DNA of 64,000 bases from NCBI GenBank assembly GCA_036229005.1, contig JAZAMN010000024.1, positions 1-64,000 of the forward strand. The letters run 5' to 3'. Every line of letters begins with the position of its first letter. The stretch's first letter is position 1. The notes under the pieces are model-generated. The model did not search any database. It worked only from the letters and a program-made list of their open reading frames with translations, and had not been told where the DNA came from. A program made the translations under genes and the position numbers. Shown one piece after another: positions 18,338-27,798 of this stretch. The DNA is from Myxococcota bacterium. GTDB lineage: Bacteria > Myxococcota_A > UBA796 > CAJQPC01.

Positions 18338-18916
18338 GTGCGGATCATCAAGAAGTACGGCAACCGCCGGCTCTACGACACGGACAAGAGCGCCTACATC
18401 AACCTGGATGAGCTCGCGGCTCTGGTCCGGGGTGGCCAGGAGGTCCGGGTGATCGCCGCAAAAGGCGGGGAGGACCTGACTCGAGAGGTCCTGCTGCAGG
18501 TCGTGCTGGAGAACCTGCAGGGCGGCGAGCTCTTCAACGTGAGCATGCTGCACCGCATTATCCGCTCCACGGGGGACGACCCCTGGCAGCTCCTGCTCCG
18601 CAAGCAGCTCGCGGCGGGCATGGAGATGCTCAGCACGCAGATGGACCAGGTCGAGCGCGTGTTCAGCGCGACCATGTCGGGCGCTCCGGACATGGGCAGC
18701 CCGTCCTCGTCGGCGGGAGGATCGACGCCGCGCTACGACCAGACACCGGCCCCGGACGTTGTGGACGAGGTGCGGGAGGACCCCGATCCCTCCTATGAAC
18801 CCGAGCCGGCGGAGCCTGAGCCCAAGACGCCGCCCACGCCCCAGCCCGCCCCGGATCAGGAGCTGGATGCTCTGCGCGCGCGCCTCGCCGCCCTGGAGGA
18901 GCGCCTGCGTCGTTGA
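18338..18916 (+). CDS. phaR: PHA synthesis regulator PhaR
   Basis: IIKKYGNRRLYDT..S.YI.L..L..LV..G..V.V....GEDLT..VLLQ; AGGAGG SD. Confidence 0.92.
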   Translation: MRIIKKYGNRRLYDTDKSAYINLDELAALVRGGQEVRVIAAKGGEDLTREVLLQVVLENLQGGELFNVSMLHRIIRSTGDDPWQLLLRKQLAAGMEMLSTQMDQVERVFSATMSGAPDMGSPSSSAGGSTPRYDQTPAPDVVDEVREDPDPSYEPEPAEPEPKTPPTPQPAPDQELDALRARLAALEERLRR

Positions 18917-18943
18917 GCACTCGGCGTCTCTCCGCTCGCCCGG

Positions 18944-19366
18944 TCAGTAGTCGGGCTTCTCGCGGGAGCGCTTCTTCTCGCTGCGCTGCGACTTGGCCTT
19001 GAGGCGGCGCTCCTTGCTGGCGCGGGAGGGGCGGGTCTTGCGGCGGCGCTTGGGGGGCTGGAGCTGGCCGCGGATCATCTCGGCGAGGCGGTCGCGGGCC
19101 TCCTGCAGGTTGTCGGCCTGGCTGCGGCTGTTGGCGGAGTCGATGCGCAGCTCGCCGCTCTCGTTGATGCGGGAGCCGAAGCTCTCCTCCAGGCGCCGGA
19201 TCACCGCGGGGTGCAGACCGGTATGCTGCAGTGCACAAAAGAGCTGCACCCGGGTGGCCCGCATGTTGACGTTCTGACCGCCGGGTCCGCCCGAGCGGCT
19301 GTGCGCCACCCGCAGGCTGCTGCCCGGGATGCAGAGGTGGTCGGTGATCGGGAGGTCGTCGGCCAT
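18944..19366 (-). CDS. arfB: Alternative ribosome-rescue peptidyl-tRNA hydrolase ArfB
   Basis: SRSGGPGGQNVN, RSQ..N...A, basic tail KRRRKTRPSRASKERRL. Confidence 0.95.
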   Translation of the reverse strand: MADDLPITDHLCIPGSSLRVAHSRSGGPGGQNVNMRATRVQLFCALQHTGLHPAVIRRLEESFGSRINESGELRIDSANSRSQADNLQEARDRLAEMIRGQLQPPKRRRKTRPSRASKERRLKAKSQRSEKKRSREKPDY

Positions 19367-19414
19367 GGCGCCGTATCGATAGTCGCGGCGTGGCCAGGGT
19401 CAAGGGCCCGGGGC

Positions 19415-20827
19415 TCAGGGGCAGCCGCCCTCCAGCCGGACGAAGCCCAGGCTGCGAGAGGGGAAGAGGGGGTGGTCGATGACCGGCTCCAGCGGGGGGA
19501 GCACACCGTCTGGGGCCGAGAGGGGTTCCCCATTGAGGGTGATCTGGCGGTCGGCGAGGTCATCCGCCTGCAGGAGCCACAGTTCCTGACGCCCCAGGTC
19601 AAGGAGCACGCTCTCGTCGCTGGGGTTGATCACGGCGAGGGTGGTGTTCTCGGCGTCGCAGTGGGCGTAGACGCGCAGGGGGCCGCCGCCGCTGATCTGC
19701 AGGACCTGGGGACCCATCAGGCGCTTGTGCAGGACGCTGACCCAGTAGTCCGGGTTGGGCTCCAGGGTGCTCTCGTCGATCAGGGCGTAGTCGGCGCCGC
19801 TGAGGGTCTGGCGGATCACCACGGGCTGCCCGCGCTGGGCGAGCCAACCGAGCTGATCGAGCCACCAGAAGCTGCTGGCGAAGGCGTCGCTGACCCCGGG
19901 CTGGCCACCGCACTGGGCGTTCCCGGTCTCGCCCAGCCAGACCTGGGCGTGGGGGGCGCTGTCGTCGCGGTGGCCCTCGACCTGGTCGGCCCAGAGCTGG
20001 CCCTCGTCCAGAGCGTCGGTAGCCAGCATGGTCTCGGGGGTGGCCAGGCGGCTCTGGAGGGGGCAGCGCTCGGACTGCTGGGGGTAGTAGTGCCAGGTGA
20101 CGACGTCCAGGTGCTCGCCGCCCTGGGAAAGGGCGTCCTCCATGAAGCCCAGGAACTCGCCGTTGACGGGCCAATAGGCGGAGCTGGGGCCGGCCACGAG
20201 GGCGTCCGGGGTGTGCGCATCGCGCAGGCTGGCCAGGGTCTGCAGGTCTCGGCCATAGGTCTCGGGCGAGACGCTCTCTCCGTGCAGGAGGGCGTATCCG
20301 TTGAGCTCGTTGCCCAGCTCCCAGAGGCCGATGGGGGCCTGCCGCTCGGCGGTCCATTGCAGCAGCGCCTGGGCGTTGTCGGGCTGCCACTCGCCGGCTT
20401 CATCGCGGCTGGACGGGCCCGCGTTGAGGGTGAAGAAGAGCTGCAGCCCGGCGGCCTCGGCGAAGTCGACGGCGCCTTGGAGCTGGGCCTCCGTCAGGGT
20501 GCCGCGGTAGCCGTCCGGAGGCTCGGAGAGGCCCTCCCCCAGGTCGTAGTAGAGGCGGTCTGCGTCGGTCCCGCCGATGCGCAGCCACGCGGGGGAGAGC
20601 TCGGCGGCCAGCAGGCCCAGGGCGGGGCGGGTGAAGTCGTAGGGCGCGATGCCGACCTCGGGCTCGGTGGCCGTGGGGTCCTCGCTCCAGAAGACGGTGC
20701 CGGCGACCTGTCCGGAGTCCACGGCAAAGCTGAGGAACTCGGGGGATACGCTGCCGGTGACCTCGCCGATGCTGAGGGTCTCGACGCGGTCGGCGGTGGG
20801 CGCGCAGGCCAGGAGGGTGAGGAGCAT
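19415..20827 (-). CDS. Glycoside hydrolase family 79 (heparanase/beta-glucuronidase-like) lipoprotein
   Basis: LSPAWLRIGGT.AD, WELGNE, VTWHYY, WLGETG...GG, F...FWWLDQLG, RQTL, PNPDYW; lipobox LLAC. Confidence 0.88.
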   Translation of the reverse strand: MLLTLLACAPTADRVETLSIGEVTGSVSPEFLSFAVDSGQVAGTVFWSEDPTATEPEVGIAPYDFTRPALGLLAAELSPAWLRIGGTDADRLYYDLGEGLSEPPDGYRGTLTEAQLQGAVDFAEAAGLQLFFTLNAGPSSRDEAGEWQPDNAQALLQWTAERQAPIGLWELGNELNGYALLHGESVSPETYGRDLQTLASLRDAHTPDALVAGPSSAYWPVNGEFLGFMEDALSQGGEHLDVVTWHYYPQQSERCPLQSRLATPETMLATDALDEGQLWADQVEGHRDDSAPHAQVWLGETGNAQCGGQPGVSDAFASSFWWLDQLGWLAQRGQPVVIRQTLSGADYALIDESTLEPNPDYWVSVLHKRLMGPQVLQISGGGPLRVYAHCDAENTTLAVINPSDESVLLDLGRQELWLLQADDLADRQITLNGEPLSAPDGVLPPLEPVIDHPLFPSRSLGFVRLEGGCP

Positions 20828-20836
20828 GGGCGCAGA

Positions 20837-21790
20837 CTACCCCGGTCCCTCCTCCAGGAGCTCCAGGTGCCGGAGGATGCGCACGAGGTCGGGCATTCCG
20901 CCCAGCTTGGGGCGCTGGGTGCTGAGGCTGGGGTCCCGGAACAGCGCGCGCATTGCGGCGGGCGAGAGGGGGCGGCCCTGGCTGCGGGTGGCGGCGTCCA
21001 GGAGCAGCACGCAGCCGGCGATGATGGCGGCCGCCGCGCTGGAGCCGCCGAAGCCCCGGGCGTAGCGGCGCTCGCTCTGGTCGGGGGCGGAGAGGGCGCC
21101 GCCGCCGCTGGTCACGACGCGGTCTCCCCAGGCGTGGGCGTCGATTCGGTCTCCGGTGTTGGAGAAGGGGCGCCAGTCCGCGGGGTGGCCGCCGGCCACC
21201 AGGATCGCCCCCGACTCCGGGGCTCCGGGGCGCCAGATCCTCTGTGCATTGCAGTCCCCCAGCGAGGACAGGTCGTGGCGTCCGTTGCCGGCGGCCATCA
21301 CCACGTGGACGCCCCGCTCCGTGAGCTCTCGGAGCTGCTGGAACACGCTGGGCAGGGCCTCGACGGGCCGCTGGGTCTCTCCGTCCTGGAGCTCCACCTG
21401 GATGAGCAGGAGGTGGGGGTCAAAGCTGCTGGCCCACCGGATGGCCTCCTCGACCCCCTCGGAGATGGGGAGCTCGGGCGGGGGTGCGCTGCGGGCGACC
21501 AGGGTGGCGTCGGGGGCCACGCCGCGGATGCCGAGTCCGGGGCTGTTGCCCAGCGCGCAGCCCAGGACCATGGCGCCGTGGGCGCTGCGGCGGTTGTGCC
21601 GCTCGGGGCTGCTGGGGAGGTCCCGGTGCTCGGACCAGCCGAGATCCACCAGCGCGAGGCGGGCGCCAGCGCCGCGAAAGCCCAATCGGTGGGCCTCCAG
21701 GGCGCCGACCCCCAGCGGAGCGGAGCCCAGGTACTCCTGGCGCGGGGCCCTCCAGTCGCCGGTGGGCTCCCAGAGGGCCGCGGGGCTCAC
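20837..21790 (-). CDS. S8 subtilisin-family serine peptidase, no signal peptide
   Basis: LVD.G (Asp), HGAMVLG (His), GVAPDA, AAGNG, FSN.G, GFGGSSAA (Ser); GTG start overlapping upstream TGA. Confidence 0.8.
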   Translation of the reverse strand: MSPAALWEPTGDWRAPRQEYLGSAPLGVGALEAHRLGFRGAGARLALVDLGWSEHRDLPSSPERHNRRSAHGAMVLGCALGNSPGLGIRGVAPDATLVARSAPPPELPISEGVEEAIRWASSFDPHLLLIQVELQDGETQRPVEALPSVFQQLRELTERGVHVVMAAGNGRHDLSSLGDCNAQRIWRPGAPESGAILVAGGHPADWRPFSNTGDRIDAHAWGDRVVTSGGGALSAPDQSERRYARGFGGSSAAAAIIAGCVLLLDAATRSQGRPLSPAAMRALFRDPSLSTQRPKLGGMPDLVRILRHLELLEEGPG

Positions 21791-22341
21791 TGCGTGATGT
21801 TGAACTGGGTCACCGCGGTCTGGCCGCCGGGGCAGTCGTTGTTGGCCTTGGCGGCCCAGGTGGCGTTGTCGCCGGGGACCGGGCGGACCTCGATGGTGAC
21901 GCCGGGCTGGCCCCACTTGAAGCTGTCCTGGAAGCACCAGGAGTCGGTGAAGGTGCCGTTGTTGTTCTTGCGGTAGAGCCAGGCCTTGCCGGTGACGCTG
22001 CCGTTCTCGATGCTGCTGGCCTGGAAGAGGTTGCCGCCGGGGCCCGGCGTGGGGACGGGGCCGGTGATGTTCTGGGGCTCGATCTCCATGACGGCCTGGC
22101 GCCAGCCCGTGGGGAGTTGGGGGGCGTCTCCGCCGGCGGACACGTAGACGGCGTCGTAGCGGGCGTCCACGAAGCCGGGCTCGGAGCCGGCGGGGAACTG
22201 CCAGACCTCCTTGACCGTGTCGCCGCCGAGGCTGTCCGTGTAGAGCTTGCCGGACTGCATGCCGGGGGGCTCGAAGACGATGTCCCAGTCGCCCTCGCCG
22301 AAGAACTGGGTGGATGCCAAGGTCAGCTTCTTCTCGCTCAT
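21787..22341 (-). CDS. Hypothetical beta-rich protein with apparent internal duplication
   Basis: GAGGAG SD; strong codon bias; GKLYTDSLGGDTVKEVWQF resembles GKAWLYRKNNNGTFTDSWCF. Confidence 0.75.
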   Translation of the reverse strand: MSEKKLTLASTQFFGEGDWDIVFEPPGMQSGKLYTDSLGGDTVKEVWQFPAGSEPGFVDARYDAVYVSAGGDAPQLPTGWRQAVMEIEPQNITGPVPTPGPGGNLFQASSIENGSVTGKAWLYRKNNNGTFTDSWCFQDSFKWGQPGVTIEVRPVPGDNATWAAKANNDCPGGQTAVTQFNITQ

Positions 22342-22351
22342 GTTCAACTCC

Positions 22352-24610
22352 TCAACGCTTGCAGCGGTCCAGGGCCTCCTGCATGCTCAGGATCGTGCGA
22401 CGCTGATGCAGCGGGAGATTGGAGGCGTCCACGGCGGCCTGGACCTCGCCGCGCAGACGCTTTCGGGGAAATCGGGGGGCGATCAGCGCCAGGGCCTCGG
22501 CCCGGAGCTCGGGATCTCGGATGCTGCGCGCCTCCCCCAGGATGTTGGGGGTGGCGTGGCCAAGGCTGGTGGCCATGCAGCGGCTGTAGATCTGCGCGTC
22601 CCGGTTCTGGAGGATCTCGGCTAGGTGGGCGGCCTCCAGGGCAAGGGGCAGCGCGGCCTCGTGGCCTTGGCGCCAGGCGAAGGCCATCTCGGTCATCGCG
22701 CAGCCCAGGGCCACGGAGGCGTAGAGATCCCGCGCGACCCGGACGGCGTGGGGCTGCGGGTCGTGTTCGATGCCCAGTCGGTAGTCCAGCGCGCGGGAGA
22801 GCATCCACGCCGTGAGCTCCCGGTGGGGCTCCGCCAGCGCTCGAGCCGCCTCGCTGAACTGGGCGATCAGGGCCTTCCCGCGCTCCGGCGCGCACTCCAG
22901 GGCCGCGGAGGCTGCCCGGTTGAGGCCGGAGAGGGCGCTGTTGCGCGAGGGGTCCAGCTCCACGGACTGCAGGGCCCAGTCCATCGCGCCTTGGTAGTCG
23001 CCCTCCCGGTAGGCCAAGGCGGAGCGCCAGCGCAGCAGCCGGGCCCGGCGTTCGGGGGTGCTGGCCCAGGTCTCCATGCTCTGGATCTGCAGCTCCAGGT
23101 CCTGGACGGAGTGGGCGTTGGCCTCGATCAGGACGGAGGCGCGGGCGAGCTCGAGAGGCTCGAAGCCGAACTCGCCACAGCGGCGCAGGGTGCTCAGGGC
23201 GCGGCCGGTCTCCCGCCGCATGGCCATGCGCTTGGCCCGCAGCAGCTCGCGGAGGGGGGCGATGGGGATGCCGCGCTCTTCGGCGCGACCGAGCTGTGCC
23301 AGGGAGCGGTCCAGGGCCTCTGGGGAGGCGGAGGCGGCGGTGCTCGCGGTCAGCCAGCGCAGGATGCGGGCCTCCTGGGGGCGGCTGTTGCCGTGGCGCG
23401 CGACGCCCAGGGCGAGCTCCAACAGGGCGCGGACCTGGGTGTGCTGTCCGGCCTCGTAGGCGGCCTCGGCGCGCTCCAGCAGGGCGTCGACCAGGTGCGG
23501 GTCGGCGGGGTCGAGGCCCTCGCGCAGCTCCAGCTCCCGGAGGCTCAGGCGGGTGGTCTTGAGGCGGCCGCGCTCCAGGTGGGCGACGCCGGAGCGCAGC
23601 CAGCGCTCGAGCAGCCTGCGGATGTCCTCGCTGGTGCCGTCGCTGCGGTCGAGGAGGGCTTGGGCCGGGATGGACTTGAGGTGGGAGAAGAACTCCGGGC
23701 CCACCCAGAGCCCCTCCAGGTCCTCTCGGGTGGGTCGCCGTGGCAGGGCATCGGTGAGGTCCACGACGGTCTGCGCGAGGCTGTCGCCGCCGAGGCTGCG
23801 GTAGACCTGCTCGGCGTCGCTGGGGCGGTCGCTGGGGTCGATGCTCAGCAGGCGGTCGACCAGGTCGGCGAGCTTGGGGTCCACGTCGGGCACCAGGGTG
23901 CGCAGCGCGGGGGCCGGCACCCGGGGGCGCTCCAGGATGATGCGGCGGATGTCGTGGCCGTGGGGAGCGTGGCCACTCAGGCACTCGAAGAGCATGCAGC
24001 CGACGGCGTAGAGGTCGACGCGGTGGTCGGCGGCGGTGCCCAGGAGCTGCTCGGGGGCCATGTAGCGGGGGGTGCCCTCCACGCGGTCCAGCACGGGCTC
24101 CTGGCGTGCGAGGCCAAAGTCCAAGAGGACCGGCCGCCCCGCGCGCACCAGGATGTTGCTGGGCTTGATGTCCCGGTGGACGACGCCGGCCTCGTGGATG
24201 GTGCGCAGGGTGTCGAGCAGGGTCAGGAAGAGGGGACGGAGCTGCTGCCAGGGCCCCTTGAGGGGGAAGGGCTCACCGTCCACGAACTGCATGGCGATGA
24301 AGTGCTGGCCGTCAGGGAGCAGGCCGTCGTCGAGGACACGGACGACGTTGGGCAGGCGCAGCAGGCGCAGAGCGGTGAGCTCCCGGCGGACGCGCTCCAG
24401 GGCCTCGTGCGACCCGACGGGCTCCAGCTTGATGACGACGTCGGTCCGCTCCGGGCTGTCCGGGTAGAGGTCCTCGCCCCGGAAGATCTGGCCGTGGCCG
24501 CCGCTCGCGAGCTCTTCCCCCAGGCGGTAGCGCCTGGCGATCAAGGGGGCGGTGGGCTCGGGGCGCTCCTGCTGGAGCAGCGAGTCCCAGTCGAAGGTGA
24601 TGTCGGTCAC
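22352..24610 (-). CDS. Ser/Thr protein kinase with C-terminal helical/TPR-like region
   Basis: LASGGHG, VVIK, HRDIKPSN, DFGLA, GTPRYMAPE, DLYAVG; start uncertain (GTG 24610 chosen). Confidence 0.9.
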   Translation of the reverse strand: MTDITFDWDSLLQQERPEPTAPLIARRYRLGEELASGGHGQIFRGEDLYPDSPERTDVVIKLEPVGSHEALERVRRELTALRLLRLPNVVRVLDDGLLPDGQHFIAMQFVDGEPFPLKGPWQQLRPLFLTLLDTLRTIHEAGVVHRDIKPSNILVRAGRPVLLDFGLARQEPVLDRVEGTPRYMAPEQLLGTAADHRVDLYAVGCMLFECLSGHAPHGHDIRRIILERPRVPAPALRTLVPDVDPKLADLVDRLLSIDPSDRPSDAEQVYRSLGGDSLAQTVVDLTDALPRRPTREDLEGLWVGPEFFSHLKSIPAQALLDRSDGTSEDIRRLLERWLRSGVAHLERGRLKTTRLSLRELELREGLDPADPHLVDALLERAEAAYEAGQHTQVRALLELALGVARHGNSRPQEARILRWLTASTAASASPEALDRSLAQLGRAEERGIPIAPLRELLRAKRMAMRRETGRALSTLRRCGEFGFEPLELARASVLIEANAHSVQDLELQIQSMETWASTPERRARLLRWRSALAYREGDYQGAMDWALQSVELDPSRNSALSGLNRAASAALECAPERGKALIAQFSEAARALAEPHRELTAWMLSRALDYRLGIEHDPQPHAVRVARDLYASVALGCAMTEMAFAWRQGHEAALPLALEAAHLAEILQNRDAQIYSRCMATSLGHATPNILGEARSIRDPELRAEALALIAPRFPRKRLRGEVQAAVDASNLPLHQRRTILSMQEALDRCKR

Positions 24611-24772
24611 GTGGTTTCGCTGGTCGGTGCTGCGAAACTCTAGCCGGAGGCGGGGGCGGGCTCTGGGCCCCGAGAGCGGGGGCCGCGGCCTCAAGTCTGG
24701 GAACAAGGCCGAGATAGCGCCGTAATTGCCTGAAATAACGTCTGTTCCGGCGCCGGAGGATCCCCGGAGCGC

Positions 24773-25939
24773 CTACCAGCTCCCGCGCACCAGCAGGTCC
24801 TCGCCGCCCACCCAGAAGGTCGACCCGTGGACGCTGACCCGCTGGAGGTTGGCGGGCAATCCAGCGTCCAGGGCCTGCCAGCTCCTCCCTCCATCCTCGC
24901 TGATCAGGACGAAGCCCCCCTTGGCGGTGGGCGGGTAGCGATCCCCGACCGCGACCCCCAGGCTGCCGTCGTCGTTGAAGGCGATGTCCCGGACGATGTC
25001 GATCTCGGGGCCGACGGGGATGCGCCTCCAGGCTCCGGGGGCGCCGCCAAAGAGGAAGCCGCTGGCCGCTGCGCCCTCGTCCTGGTCGCGGCCTCCGAGG
25101 ATCCAGCTCGCGCCGCCGTCCGGGGTGGCCAGGGCCCAGGCTTCGCCGGTGACGGTGGGGCTGACGACCTCGGACGCGAGGTTGAACCACTGGGCCTGGG
25201 CGTGGTCGCTGGGCATGAAGAAGCGGGGCGGCTCGGCGATGACGCTGCCGCTGCCGTAGAAGTCCCCGTCGACCACCGCGAGCTGCAGGACCTGGTGGGC
25301 GGAGTAGCCCCCCTCGTCCAGGTTGGCCTCGCCCCAGTAGCGCTCGGCGGCGGTCCAGGAGGAGCCCCCGTCGGTGGAGGTGGTCATGTCCCCGATGGTG
25401 TTGGAGAACACCATCAAGCGGCTGCCGCTGACCCCCACCTGGCCACAGTTGGAGATGTAGGCGAGGTCATCGTCTTCGCGGTTGTCCCCGTAGGCGAGCA
25501 GGGAGCGCCAGTCGCCCTCCTCGGAGCGCCGGAGCAGCAGGCTGCCCTCCAGATCGCCGGCGTAGGCGTGCCCGCAGGCCAGCAGGGTGCCGCCCCCGCC
25601 CTCCTGGATGTCGAAGACGTAGAGGTCCGCGCCGGGGAGCTCTTCGGTGAAGCTCTCGCCGCCGTCCACGCTGTGGTGCAGGCCGGCCCCGCCGCCGCAG
25701 CCCACCCATAGCTCCTGCTCGGAGCGGGGGTGCAGGGCGTAGATGGGGCCCTGGTCCTTGCAGGGGGCGCTGAGCTCGACCAGCTCGATGGGGAGCTGGG
25801 CGCTGTCCCAGGTGCCGCTCCACTCGCCGCTGTCCCAGGTGGTCTGGGTGTCGTCTCCGCCGCTTGGGTTGCTGTCGTCCTGGCGGTTGATCCCAAGCCA
25901 GGTGATCTCGCAGGCGAGCAGCGTCCAGAGGAGGGTCAT
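24773..25939 (-). CDS. Lipoprotein with BNR/Asp-box (YCF48-like) beta-propeller
   Basis: Lipobox LLAC; repeated S.DGG.SW/F Asp boxes. Confidence 0.8.
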   Translation of the reverse strand: MTLLWTLLACEITWLGINRQDDSNPSGGDDTQTTWDSGEWSGTWDSAQLPIELVELSAPCKDQGPIYALHPRSEQELWVGCGGGAGLHHSVDGGESFTEELPGADLYVFDIQEGGGGTLLACGHAYAGDLEGSLLLRRSEEGDWRSLLAYGDNREDDDLAYISNCGQVGVSGSRLMVFSNTIGDMTTSTDGGSSWTAAERYWGEANLDEGGYSAHQVLQLAVVDGDFYGSGSVIAEPPRFFMPSDHAQAQWFNLASEVVSPTVTGEAWALATPDGGASWILGGRDQDEGAAASGFLFGGAPGAWRRIPVGPEIDIVRDIAFNDDGSLGVAVGDRYPPTAKGGFVLISEDGGRSWQALDAGLPANLQRVSVHGSTFWVGGEDLLVRGSW

Positions 25940-26080
25940 TTGTGCGTCCTTTGGAACAACATGACCCGGTCCGGCGCCTTTGTCAGCACTGGACACCCTG
26001 CGCCCGGCTGGGGAAACTCATGCCGAGGCTGCTGTCCCGGCATAGTCTCGCCCCCTGACCACACAAGCTGAGAGGTCCTC

Positions 26081-26623
26081 TTGCGACTGCGCGCCCCCCA
26101 CCTGGCTCCCCTGCTGCTCCTCGCTCCCGCCCTGGCGTTCGCCGGCTGGAGTGTCGACGGCAAGCACAAGGTCGGCTTCCACGCGGACGGCCCCGCGGGC
26201 TTCGCGATCGATGGCGTCGCGGAGGAGTTCACGGTCAGCGAGACCGACAGCGCGCTGGTGTTCACCGTCCCGGTGTCCGCGGTGACCACGGGGATCGACC
26301 TGCGGGACGACCACATGCGCAAGTACGCGGGCGCCGAGCAGCACCCCAACGTGCTGCTGAGCATCCCCAACGACCAGATCACCTGGCCGGACGAGGAGAA
26401 CAAGAAGCGCACGGGCAGCGCCCAGGCCACCTTCACCCTGAACGGTGTGGAGCAGCCGGTGACCGTGAAGTACGCCGTCAAGACCGGCAAGACCGGCGTG
26501 GACTGGGTGGCGGGCTTTGCCTTCGACACCTCCAAGCACGGCATCGTCATCGACGAGTACATGGGCGTCAGCGTGGACCCCAAGATGTCCGCGCAGGCCA
26601 AGTTCACGACCGTCAACAACTGA
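26081..26623 (+). CDS. YceI family periplasmic lipid/polyisoprenoid-binding protein
   Basis: Signal peptide; TTGIDLRDDHM, FTLNGV..PV. Confidence 0.85.
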   Translation: MRLRAPHLAPLLLLAPALAFAGWSVDGKHKVGFHADGPAGFAIDGVAEEFTVSETDSALVFTVPVSAVTTGIDLRDDHMRKYAGAEQHPNVLLSIPNDQITWPDEENKKRTGSAQATFTLNGVEQPVTVKYAVKTGKTGVDWVAGFAFDTSKHGIVIDEYMGVSVDPKMSAQAKFTTVNN

Positions 26624-26634
26624 GCGTCCCGCCC

Positions 26635-27798
26635 ATGCCCCGTCGACTCGCTGCCCTGGCGGCGCTGCTCCTGGCAGTGCTGCTGTCTCCCCGTGAGGCC
26701 AACGCCTACGCGTGGACCGTCAACCACGGCTACACCACCTGCGCGGCCTGCCACGCAGACCCCAGCGGCGGTGGCCTGCTCACCGAGTACGGGCGCGCCC
26801 AGGGCGAGGTGTTCGTGCGCACCCCCTGGGAGGAGCGCGGGGCCGAGTGGGAGCCCGGAGCGGCCGCTGAGTTCGCCTGGGGCGCGGTCCCGGTCCCGGA
26901 CTGGCTGCTGGTGGGCGCCGTGGTGCGCGGAGGCCCGGCGATGAGCGCGTCCAGTGGGTCCTCGGCGGTGTTCCCGGTGCCCATGCAGGGTGATGTGCGG
27001 GCGCAGGTCCAGGTCGGTAGGGTCCGCGGGTATGGCAGCCTGGGTGTGCTCCCCACTGGCGCCGCTGAAGAGGCCCGGGTGCTGCGCAACGACCAGGTCA
27101 ACCTCTTCTCCCGCGAGCACTGGATCGGGGTGGACCTGACCTCGGATCTGGTGGTCCGCGCCGGCCGCGTCGCGCTGCCCTACGGCAACCGCATCCTGGA
27201 GCACAGCGCCTGGGTCCGGACAGCCACCCGCACCGACATCAACGCCGACCAGCAGCACGGCGTGGACGTGCACTACAGCCGGGGCGACCTGCGCGCCGAG
27301 GCGATGGTGATCGGCGGCAACTACCAGCTCTCACCCGCGGAGTTCCGGGAGCAGGGCTACTCGGCGATGGTGGAGTACAGCCTGGGCCCCAAGCTGGTGT
27401 TGGGCGTGAGCTCGCTGATGGGCAAGGCCCAGACCGACGTGCTCACCCTCACCCCAGACACCACCCGTCAGGCCCACGGCCTGCAGCTCCGGGCCTCTCC
27501 GGCGCACGGACTCGCGATCCTGGCCGAGGCCAGCGTGCTGCTCTCCAACCAGGCGGAGCCGGGCTCCGTGGGCTTTGTGCAGGCGGACTACGAGGTGGTC
27601 CAGGGCCTGCACCTGATGGGCAGCGGCGAGTGGCTGCAGCAGGAGGCCGGGACCTCGCTGGGCGCTTGGGGTGGGGCGAGCTGGTTCTTGGCCCCCAAGA
27701 CCGATCTGCGGGTCGACTACATCCATCGCCAGGTGGCCAGCGCGGGGGGCCGGACGCCCACCCACATGGTCCTTGGTCAGCTCCACTTCTCGCTCTAG
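26635..27798 (+). CDS. Outer-membrane beta-barrel with N-terminal CxxCH motif
   Basis: Signal; GYTTCAACHADPSGGGLLT.YG; beta-strand body; C-terminal QLHFSL. Confidence 0.75.
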   Translation: MPRRLAALAALLLAVLLSPREANAYAWTVNHGYTTCAACHADPSGGGLLTEYGRAQGEVFVRTPWEERGAEWEPGAAAEFAWGAVPVPDWLLVGAVVRGGPAMSASSGSSAVFPVPMQGDVRAQVQVGRVRGYGSLGVLPTGAAEEARVLRNDQVNLFSREHWIGVDLTSDLVVRAGRVALPYGNRILEHSAWVRTATRTDINADQQHGVDVHYSRGDLRAEAMVIGGNYQLSPAEFREQGYSAMVEYSLGPKLVLGVSSLMGKAQTDVLTLTPDTTRQAHGLQLRASPAHGLAILAEASVLLSNQAEPGSVGFVQADYEVVQGLHLMGSGEWLQQEAGTSLGAWGGASWFLAPKTDLRVDYIHRQVASAGGRTPTHMVLGQLHFSL

